Assembly: GCA_002269645.1 (NCBI GenBank)
Contig: NIVC01002827.1
Location: forward strand, 1 to 64,000
From: Macrostomum lignano
Taxonomy: Eukaryota
Direction of reading: 5' to 3'
DNA: 64,000 nt
Part shown: positions 35,560 through 46,200 of the stretch, piece after piece
How the letters are laid out: each line of letters starts with the position of its first letter
How positions within the stretch are numbered: position 1 is the first letter of the stretch
Program-made: the position numbers and the translations under genes
Notes under the pieces: generated by a model
Seen by the model: only the letters and a program-made list of their open reading frames with translations
Told to the model about the DNA's origin: nothing
Database searches by the model: none

Positions 35560-36303
35560 CAGAAGCGTCGCCACGGATTTTATGGTGGGGGGGGGACAAA
35601 GCCAAGAATTCTAGATGTACATGTACGCGACGAAATTCCTACATGTACATTATTTTCAGAATCGGTGTTTTCAGCACTCATTATAGCACTGCAGGGACTC
35701 ATTCTAGCGCCGCAGGCACTCATTTTAGCGCCGCAGGCACCATTTTAGCGCCGCAGGCACTCATTTTAGCGCCGCAGGCACTCATTTTAGCGCCGCAGGC
35801 ACCATTTTAGCGCCGTAAGCACTCATTTTAGCGCCGCAGGCACTCATTTTAGCGCCGCAGGCACTCATTTTAGCGCCGCAGGCACCATTTTAGCGCCGTA
35901 AGCACTCATTTTAGCGCCGCAGGCACTCATTTTAGAGCCGCAGGCACTCATTTTAGCGCCGCAGGCACTCATTTTAGCGCCGCAGGCACCCATTTTAGCG
36001 CCGCAGGCACTCATTTTAGCGCCTCAGGCACTCATTTTAGCGCCGCAGGCACTCATTTTAGCGCCGCAGGCACTCATTTTAGCGCCGCAGGCACTCATTT
36101 TAGCGCCTCAGGCACTCATTTTAGCGCCGCAGGCACTCATTTTAGCGCCGCAGGCACTCATTTTAGCGCCGCAGGCACCAAAAGTTATTGATTGACGGGC
36201 CACAAGGTGGGGGTGAGGGGGACAAAGCATTGGTATGTCCCCCCCAGATCTTTTACTGGAAGGGACATGTCCCTCTGTCCCCCCCCCGTTGGCGACGCCC
36301 CTG
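35560..36303 (-). mobile_element. Non-autonomous hAT-like DNA transposon (MITE) with an internal 21-bp minisatellite
   Basis: Termini CAGAAGCGTCGCCA... and ...TGGCGACGCCCCTG are imperfect inverted repeats. Identical 8-bp flanks GTACTCAT at 35552-35559 and 36304-36311 match the hAT TSD length. Confidence 0.88.
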
Positions 36304-36504
36304 GTACTCATAGCTATTATTCGGTACAATTATTATTGACCACGAAGACAAACGGTGAAGTGACCCCTAAGCTGCCCTTTCAAAAACCCCAACCGATTGC
36401 TGCTTGAGTTGTTTTTGGTTCAAAACTCTAGTCCAAAGTCTTTGTGCTTCTGTTTCCATACAGAAAGCATTACAGACAGAGCAGCTTTAACAACCTTGCG
36501 TCTT

Positions 36505-36740
36505 TTGTGCCTTCACGACCCCGGGGTTCGATTCCGCGTGGGCACGAAAATAGGCCAGAGGGTTATTGTCGTGTGATTGACACCTAACTACGCGACTATG
36601 AGGACCAACTCCCAAGGCACAGAGAGTGTACATGCTTGACGATTAGAAAGTCAGGACCATCTGTTGTATGGCAGCTTTCTTACAAAGCAAGACACCTAAT
36701 TCTCAATGCAGAAATTCGCAAGAAACATGCTATGCTATCA
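36505..36740 (+). mobile_element. Possible 5'-truncated tRNA-derived SINE fragment
   Basis: B-box/T-arm GGTTCGATTCC at 36525-36535 and GCAAGACACCTAA at about 36687, resembling the 55-kb SINE; no A box. Confidence 0.3.
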
Positions 36741-37324
36741 TTGTTGTCAATCTTGTGTAAGCTGAGAGGTTGGCAAGTCTACGAGTATGTTAAATAATTT
36801 TTTTTCCCAGACATCCATCGTACCCTGCCAATCTCTACTGTCTGGAGCACTGTAGCTAGAAGTATTTGGTTGTTGCCGCTGCATTGCCTCACCGCAGGTT
36901 GTGAGATCGGTGGTCCTCGTATTATTCAGTTTCTGAGATAATTTCTGGGGCAAAGAATCCGCGAAAATGGTTTACTTCGGACACGGTTTTGTCTGAAGCG
37001 CACTCACGGGTTTTAAAAGCTATTGTTTCTTGGAAAGGCTACCGCAGAAGACCGGCAAGCCAGTGAAACTTCGGTTGTCTTGTTAGTTTACTACTGTGTA
37101 AAATTATCAAATCTTTGCGAAATCCATTCTTTGCTAATGAATTCTGCATTTTGCAGTGAAATTTGCAGGATTTGCGAGTGTTTGCCTCCAATTCTGCTTT
37201 AGTGCGTCTATTTCAAGAGCAAACATTGATTTTTATCAAACTGATGTTGAAAAGCGGCTTTTAAGTTTTATTTTAAGTTGGTTTAAGTTTTCTAGATTGC
37301 ACTCAAGGTCGCCGCGGCCACTCG

Positions 37325-38092
37325 TCACAGAGTGTAAGCCTCGATCTCGCAGATGCTCAGGTACTGGCCGAACAGGTTTGTCACCCGAACTCGACTGCCG
37401 AAGGCGTTGCAGCTGAAGTTGGCCACGGAGAACGGCAACGTCAGGCTCACTCGGTTGCACTCGACGCCGTCCATCTGCAGCGAGAATTTGTTGAGTCGCT
37501 CAGCGTAGTCTTGCCTGTTGTAGATGGTGACGTAAGAGACAAACGATGGAGCGTTCAGCTGCCCCTCCCACCATTCGAATGGATTTCCAGTGGTGTGAGT
37601 GCAGGACCCGAAAGACAGATTTTGCTTCCGATTGCCGTCGATTGCATTGTCGCAAATGTGGGAACTGTGTGTTGAGCTCTGCTTGCAACCAACAAATTTT
37701 AGACGCTTTTGTAGTTGCTTGAATTCTAAAAATTAATTATATAAACTTACTAGCTAATTTGCAATCATATTCATTGTTATCAATTAGCTAGATATTATTG
37801 ACTCACGTTCACTCCTAGTGTACACATCGCAGGCATCAGAGCTGTTCCAGGTATCATTGATGAAGGCCGACCAGTTGAAGAGTCGACACAGACCTAGCTG
37901 CAGCCAGCTGAAGCCGAAGCAGGTGGGTCTGGAAGCGCAGTGCTGAGAACACTGCAAGACGGCATTGCCTGGCACAGATTCCATGGTAGCTGGAGTTGAG
38001 ACGCTGTGAAATCTAACTGGCGAGAAGAACCAGAAAACCTGAGCGCCAGAAGCAGCAACTCCGCAGATCAGAAGCAAAACTTGAAGCATCAT
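37325..38092 (-). CDS. Secreted PAN/Apple domain + F-type lectin (fucolectin, FTP/F5-8 type C fold) protein, 228 aa, 2 exons
   Basis: Exon 38092-37807 gives a signal peptide and CSQHCASRPTCFGFSW...CRLF. An 81-nt GTGAGT...TTTAG intron follows. Exon 37725-37325 gives QSSTHSSHICDNAIDGN...CTHT...WW...VTIYNRQDYAERL...LSICEIEAY*. Splice phases match. Confidence 0.85.
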
Positions 38093-38249
38093 ATTTTAAA
38101 TGTCAGAATCTCATGTTTATGTTTAAACTGGCTAAGTCAAGAGCTCTTCTATAAGCTTATTTTAATGTGTGGCGGCTTCTATTCCTAGATATAGTCAGAA
38201 TATCTAGTTTTATTCTCATTCATCGCTTCTGATCCTGTTTGCTTTCGGC

Positions 38250-38305
38250 TGATTGGCTCTGGCACCGAAGTCTATATCGATTGGCATTAGGAAGCATATA
38301 TTAAT
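38250..38305. promoter_or_regulatory. Candidate bidirectional promoter: two CCAAT boxes and a TATA-like element
   Basis: ATTGG at 38252 and 38280, TATATTAA at 38297; lies between the divergent lectin gene and the RAB11FIP gene. Confidence 0.35.
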
Positions 38306-38874
38306 AATCCTTAGTAAGTTCTAAGGGTCTGGCCAGACTCCCATGATGGCGGCTGGAGTCGAGAGATGGAGTTGACAGACCTGTGTACACAACGCTAATT
38401 GCGAATGCAGCGAACAGGTGCAATGGTAAAACTTTTTCACAAGATTTTCCCAGCCAAGAAAAAGATTTTCACTCGAAGGGAAGCTGCATGGATTGTTTAA
38501 TTGGGCTCAAAACTTGACTGTTCAAACTCAAATATTCTTTGTGATAATAGTTCAAAGCATCCTAGGCTTGATTCTGTGTGCTGTCCAATTAATTTCCGGC
38601 AGCTCCTTGCAAGAAAATTGGCCTGGAACTTGTCGAGCGGCGATTCTCATAATCCATGAATTACAGGTCAACCTAGCTTTTAGAGGCACAGAGAGCTTAC
38701 ACCGCATGCATTACCTAGCTAACGATGAGACAATAGGATCTAAACTAGATGAGTCTAACTAAAAATCTGGAGATTAATCGTACTACGATTAAATACCCAT
38801 AATACTCTCGTTACGTGCGGGAATCCCCTTCCGCATGTGATGAGCCACGCTAAGATCCCGAGAAACTCGTATAT

Positions 38875-39207
38875 CAGGGCTCCTGGCAGGGACATGTCCC
38901 TCGATCCCCCAGTATAAAGCTATGGGGGCACATCATATGCCAATAATGCTTAATTTTGTTTCCCCCAGCCCACCAATTTTGTAACCCAAGTGATGGAATC
39001 AATAACTTTGGTTCAAGGCGACAAAATAAAGCGCCTGCGGCGCTAAAAATCCGTGTCTGCGCGGTGCCAATGAATGCATGCTGACAACGCTGATTCCAAA
39101 ATGTACTTCAGTAGGAATTCAGTCATGTAGAATTCTTGGGCTTCTTCTAGAATTCTTCCCCACCATAAAATCTACATGTACATGTACATGTACTGCGACG
39201 CCCCCTG
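38875..39207 (+). mobile_element. Short degenerate copy of the same hAT-like MITE with only 1-2 internal 21-bp units
   Basis: Collinear motifs GGGACATGTCCCT, AATCAATAACTTTGG, GCCTGCGGCGCTAAAA, GCTGACAACGCTGATT, GTAGAATTCTTGG, CACCATAAAATC and terminal GCGACGCCCCCTG; no TSD seen. Confidence 0.7.
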
Positions 39208-40216
39208 GGCTGGCACCTGGCATACCGACTGCAGCTTCTCACCAGCTAGTATCATTCAGCAACAGCAAATAATGCATGCAGGCATGCAGGTGCATGTGCT
39301 AATGACTTTTCGACTAGACTGTTGGAAAATTTCTTGCCTTTAAACTTCGTCATATATTAGTTTCAAAATAGAACTTTTTGTGCCAACATGTGCACTTCTT
39401 CCCAGCGCGGGATTGGGGTTTACTGTAATTATTGCTACTACATGACAACAAATTTATACTACTGCATTCACATTTATAATTGCATGCTAACCTTATTTCG
39501 ATCGGGAGCGGAAAGTTACAGACAGGAAGCGCCGACATGAGTTATTTACGTAAATATGCAAAGCACACGTGCGTACATTTGCATGTGTATAGTCCCGTCA
39601 TGTACAGTATACATGCCCGAATTGTAACATGCATTTCTATATAATTCTATAATAACATGTACATGTATGTAACAAGCAGTTTAGGAGAGGATCTCACAAT
39701 AAGCTCAACGACGCAAAGAATGATCACAAGCTACTGCCTCTCACAAAGCAAAGCGCAAGTTTCCGAGTTTTCAAGGATTACATGCAGCTATATATATGAT
39801 CTTATACATTTGCCAAATTGTATCACGATGATGAAGAAAGCTAACAAAACGTTTAAGAATTGTGGTAAATTTTTATGGTTAAATGCAAGTTATGTACATA
39901 AATGTACACTGAATAAATAATTAAATACTTTTACCTTTATCTTTGCGTGTATTTTTGTGTAGTTTGTTTTAACTACTAAAGTCTGATTTGTTTCCTTCCC
40001 TTTCCTTAGCGCAATTTTAATTTGACTGATATGAGTGTTTATCCAGTTTTGTTCGTATTTCTAGTTAGGTTCTAGACTTTTGGATAAAACTCTTCTTTAG
40101 ATTTCTATCTAAAAAGACTAGGTGTTACTTATTTTCACTGCCAAAATCAACGCTATGTTTTACGCAATTTGCGCTTAATTGAAAACAATCCACTAAACTC
40201 TCTCCTGTAAGTGAAA

Positions 40217-43200
40217 ATGGGAGAGAGTCCTCAACATTCCCTTATGCAAAACGAAGCCGAGCTCGACAAGATATTTCATGTGTTAGATGAAGATGATGCC
40301 GGATACATTACAGTAGAAAAATTTACTGAAGCGTTGAACTCCTTCATTCCAAACGAGATTGCAAAAAGTGTGAGTATTTTATTTTTAGGAGCCATCTAAA
40401 AATACTGTGGTCAAAAACATTTGTATCAAGTCTATCAACTAGGCCTAGTAGCATTAGCAAAAAACATTGCATCAAAAATGATTATATAAAGCCATGTGAT
40501 AAAGATCTATTTATGAAAATTGACAAATGAAGGTTTAAGTCAGGGGGGGCTAGTAACATATTTAAAACTAACAAGTGGCTTAAAGCATTAGAAAGTTGTT
40601 TTGTCATTTTCTTTTGTATCCCATAGGCTTAGTCAAGAAGTTGTGCCTGCCCCATGTGCACTGGAATAAATTTCTTCTGTTTCTTCCTTATCCACAATAG
40701 AAATAGATAAAGCAATTTTTCCTTATGCTATATACTAGCTTTTAGCCTGGGGTTGTTATATCCTACAAACAAAGTTGAAAAAGTCGTTTATAAATGTGAA
40801 ATTAGAGGAGTCTTTCATTTTTAATAAACTTAATAATTTTCATAAAAGTTACACCTACAATAATTTCCAAAAATGCAAAGAATTATCTATTACAAAAATC
40901 AACAAAATTCTCATATATATTAATCAAAAGAATCCAAGCCATGTGCCAACTATGTTATATTGTAGACCCTAATTTCACCTTTTGTGCTAAATGCACTAAA
41001 ATATGCCAAAGATAGGTCTATTTATGCTAGAAAATTCATTGAAATCTCCCATCTTTCTAACTATGATTTATATTCTATTCCATCTACTAATCATGTTTTT
41101 TTAAATAAATTTTAATGAATAATGAGCTGTTGCTAAATATATAAATATTGAAATAAACAGAACCTAATAGAAAAATATTTAAGATACTTAAAACAACTTA
41201 CAGGACATTATATATTTATAATGTGTAAATAAAGTGTAAATTGTACTTATAACTGCTGGTTTCCTAACATAAAAAAGCCTATAATTTAGAAAAAATAATA
41301 AGACATTATAGTATTTAATCATACTACTATATTCTTAGATATGCCAGGGTAGATATTTAATAATGTAGATAGCTATGTAATCAAACTACTTTATAAAAGT
41401 TTTAAAAACTTTAATACTTTTAGAATACTTATCTCTTTGATACTAAAAAGTTACATCAGACTTAAATAATGTCAATATGTATCCCAATTTAATATTGAAT
41501 GTTTTATCTAATATATTTTTGATTGTCAATAAAAAGCCAATCATATTATTTTTATCTTTTTTAGAAGCTGAGCTCTCTATTAGACCACTTGGACCCTCAA
41601 AGTGATGGCAAAATTTATTTAAATGACTTCAAGAAAGCCATTTCAAGGCTTCAGGTTCTCTCAGGTAAGCTTATTCCTTATTATAACCATGTAAGATTTA
41701 GCACTTCTAAAATGTCATTGGCACTTCTAAAGTATCATTAGCACTCATAAAATATCAAAAAGTACTTAGACCTTTGGAGTTATCCTTTGTACTTTGTATT
41801 TGACATTTCCTCAATTCCTCATCAATAACCGATTCCAGAAGACTCCCTTCGTGGCAGCCACACCAGCAATGGCAGCTTCGGTCAAAATGCGCTGACGCCC
41901 ACAGCTGAGGAAGACCAAGACACTGCTGATGGCAGTTTTGCTGTGTCGGTGAGTGCAATGAGCGCAAGCTGCGATTATAATTTTGTGCATCCGATTGTGA
42001 TTGATTCGAACTCACAACCTCATTCAGGCTGCAGCTGCCGTGAATGAATTGGATGGTGCAATTCTTGGACATGATTCAACAGATGATGCCAGGCTTGTTG
42101 TCAACGACGGGTCGCAGTGAGTTTGAGTTAAAATTCTCAGGGATCGGGTAGATGCTTTGTTGTCCTGCAGTTCTAGTAGGGGTTTGGTAGATTGTTTGTT
42201 GTCCTGCAGTTCTAGTAAGGATTGGGCAGATTGTTTGTTTTCCTGCAGTTCTAGTAGACATTGGGTAGATTGTTTGTTGTCCTGCAGTTCTAGTAGACAT
42301 TGGGTAGATTGTTTGTTGTCCTGCAGTTCTAGTAGGGATTGGGTAGATTGTTTGTTTTCCTGCAGTTCTAGTAGGGGTTGGGTAGATTGTTTGTTGTCCT
42401 GCAGTTCTAGTAGGGATTGGGCAGATTGTTTGTTGTCCTGCAGTTTTAGTAGGGATTGGGTAGATTGTTTGTTGTCCTGCAGTTCTAGTAGGGTTGGGTA
42501 GATTGTTTGTTGTCCTGCAGTTCCAGTAGGGATTGGGTAGATTGTTTGTTGTCCTGCAGTTCTAGTAGGGTTGGGTAGATTGTTTGTTGTCCTGCAGTTC
42601 CAGTAGGGATTGGGCAGATTGTTTGTTGTCCTGCAGTTCTAGTAGGGGTTGGGTAGATTGTTTGTTGTCCTGCAGTTCTAGTAGGGGTTGGGTAGATTGT
42701 TTGTTGTCCTGCAATTCTAGTAGGGGTTGGGTAGATTGTTTGTTGTCCTGCAGTTCTAGTAGACATTGGGTAGATTGTTTGTTGTCCTGCAGTTCTAGTA
42801 GGGATTGGGTAGTGTTGTTTGTTGTCCTGCAGTTCTAGCAGGGATTGGGTAGATTGTTTGTTGTCCTGCAGTTCTAGTAGGGATTGGGTAGATTGTTTGT
42901 TGTCCTGCAGTTCTAGTAGGGATTGGGTAGATTGTTTGTTGTCCTGCAGTTCTAGTAGGGATTGGGTAGATTGTTTGTTTTCCTGCAGTTCTAGTAGGGA
43001 TTGGGTAGATTGTTTGTTTTCCTGCAGTTCTAGTAGGGATTAAGTAGGTTGTTTGTTTTCCTGCAGTTCTAGTACGGGTTAAGTAGATTTTTATCCTGCA
43101 GTTCTAGTAGGGATCGGGTATTGGGTAGATTGTCTTCCCTAGATTATAGATTTTTTCGATGGATTGTTCTAACTTCGGAGTGAACATATTTTTGTTTTAA

Positions 43201-46200
43201 AGTTTGTGCTAATGGAGGCCAATATCGCAGTTTTAAGAAACGTTTTCTTTAACAGAAAATATTGTAAAACTGTTTTGTCAACGCTTTTTCTACAAAGTCT
43301 ACTAAATGATTTAGTTTTAAATGAATCGTAGAAACTTTTTTCGCAGTTTTTATTTCAGTTTTTTTTCTGTGATTAGTGAGCAATTGTAAAAATAGTTGTA
43401 TAAATTTCATACTTATAAATGATATAATTTAAGCTTACGCAACAACTGTGCTTAGTTAGTTCAATTAGAAGGCTTTCAGTGCCATCGAGTGCCAACCGAA
43501 CTGAAATGAATGCCCGGTAACTTTAGTAATTATGTACTCCTTAGCTGTTGTGCATTTTGTGTCTACTGAAGGGTGAAGCCCCTATGGTGTGTAGTGGTGG
43601 ATATGTAATACGAGACCTCCAGCTTGACTTGTAGTGCACATAACACACGAATATACACAGCATACATGCGATCGAGACCTGCAATTTTGTAATTGAACTT
43701 ATTTTTAGCAGGGACGAAGCCTGTGGCAGCAGTAGTTCGAGTGCAAGCAATACGGGCAGATTTCGCAGGCAGTTGCTATCAATGCCAGCTTCGCCCTATT
43801 ATTGTTTAACTGCGCCATTGACTAAGTGCGTAAGATTATAATTGAGCTCGGTGCTTGTTTGTCTGCTGCGGGCATGCTCATCTTTACTTATTTATTTTTT
43901 CTAACCATCGACGGGACTAAATTTAATTTGGCCTTGATTATCGGCACTCTTAGTCCTACTATCGAGAGGCAACGTAATTGACTAATTAAGATAAGACCGC
44001 CAAATATTGGGTTTAGATAAGATTTTACATGCACAAGTATAACTGTAGTTTCCAACCAGCTCTGAAGGGGTTAATTAAGGTCAATTGGACTGGAAGTATT
44101 TTCCGTCTAAGGCAAGATAACAAATTTGCTCTAATGTAAATGTTTATCAAAGGTTTTCTTGTTCCACTTCATTTGAAGAAAACCCATAAGAGTTTAATTA
44201 AGGGCCTATTAGAAATCGGTATTTATTTACAAATGTGTATGGCCCCACGAACTATAATTACTATTAGATTAACACCGGGGCACTTATTTTATTTATGACT
44301 TAACTTTGCTTCGGTTGAAAAGATAACTGCACAGCTTCCAAACTTCACGCCTTCCAACAGCCTCCCTCAACCCCACCCCATTTCACACCCTCCCTCAACC
44401 CCACCCCATTTCACACCCTCCCTCAAGCCAACCACATTTCACGGCCTCCCTCAACCCCACCACATTTCACCCCCTCCCTCAACCCCACCTCATTTCACCC
44501 CCTCCCTCAACCCCACCACATTTCACCCCCTCCCTCAACCCCACCTCATTTCACACCCTCCCTCAACCCCACCACATTTCACACCCTCCCTCAACCCCAC
44601 CACATTTCACAGCCTCCCTCAAGCCCACTCCATTTCACAGCCTCCCTCAAGCCCACTCCATTTCACAGCCTCCCTTAAGCCCACTCCATTTCACAGCCTC
44701 CTTCAACCCCACCTCATTTCACACCCTCCCTCAACCCCACCACATTTCACAGCCTCCTTCAAGCCCACCTCATTTCACAGCATCCCTCAACCCTACCCCA
44801 TTTCACAGACTCCCTAAAGACCACCCCATTTCACACCCTCCCTCAACCCTACCCATTTCACACCCTCTCTCAACCCCACCCCATTTCAGACCCTCCGTCA
44901 ACCCACCCCATTTCACACCCTCTCTCAACCCTACCCATTTCAGACCCTCCGTCAACCCACCCCATTTCACACCCTCTCAACCCTACCCATTTCAGACCCT
45001 CCCTCAACCCCACCACATTCCACAGCCTCCCTCAACCCCACCCCATTTCAGACCCTCCGTCAACCCACCCCATTTCAGACCCTTCGTCAACCCACCCCAT
45101 TTCACACCCTCTCTCAACCCTACCCATTTCAGACCCTCCCTCAACCCACCCCATTTCACAGCCTCCGCCAAATCTTCAACAAAACTTTCACCAACAATCT
45201 GCTAATTTAATTTTGGCACGGGACTGGATGTTCTAAAATTCTATTGCAGCGAGGGCTCAACTCTATTTCAACGCGACAAAAAGCGCCGGCCAATTTGGAG
45301 TTTAGTGGATCGGTAAATGCAGAAAGTAGCGTCGCCTACAGTTTGTTGTTTTGTCATTTAAATTTTTTTTTTGAAATTTTTGTTGAAAGAAAGAACTGAC
45401 AAAAACAGATATAGTTGCTTTTCATAGCGCTTTGCTTGGCTTTAAATCTCTTTCAAGCTGTACTTTCTAAGAATGGTAAAGTTGGTTATATTTGTTATGT
45501 TATGTTATAGTGTTATAGTTTACGAACAACTAAAGAAAGAGGTTTCGAACTTGTGAAAGCCGACTAATCTACGTAAACCCTGACAAACATCTAGTAATGT
45601 TGAGAATAGGAATAGGTAGATCTAGACATTTGAGCACGTCCAGAGAGTTGAGACCCAAACGAAAAAAAACTTTTTAACCAGAAGGTCTTCAAGTGAACTT
45701 GTTTTTTTCATGTTTCCAAAATTGTTATTTGTTTTATTTTGAATTACTACTAATCCTCGATTAAGTTTCGAAGTGTTACATTGTTTGTCATTACGCAATA
45801 TGTGCCATAAATTACGTACTGTGGCTTCACCACACTTAAGGTGCAAATATTTTTACTCAGCATGACACTGCTGGTCAAACTTAAAAAAATTATTGCATTT
45901 TTGCTTTAGGTTATTTTTTCTCCGCTTGCACGATAGCAATCGGGTATTGCTTGAAGTGGGAGAAAGTTCTACATGTGATTGTAGACGGGTCACTTTATTC
46001 ACTGTGACTCTCTTCGATTCTGGATTCCCCTTCAATACGGGATTCCCCTTTGGTAAGGGATTCCCCTTCGATTCTGGATTCCCCTTCAATACGGGATTCC
46101 CCTTTGGTAAGGGATTCCCCTTCGATTCTGGATTCCCCTTCTATACGGGATTCCCATTCGATAAGGGGTTCCTCTTCGATAAGGGATTCCCCTTCGATAA

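Noticed and set aside
32822-36303. Composite (Pack-type) transposon capturing the knottin ORF
   Set aside because: The right-hand copy has its own TIRs and 8-bp TSD, so it inserted independently.
38222-38260. Similarity to the U2 snRNA start (ATCGCTTCT) and to a 7SK motif (TTCGGCTGAT)
   Set aside because: Matches are 10 nt or less and the rest of either RNA is absent.
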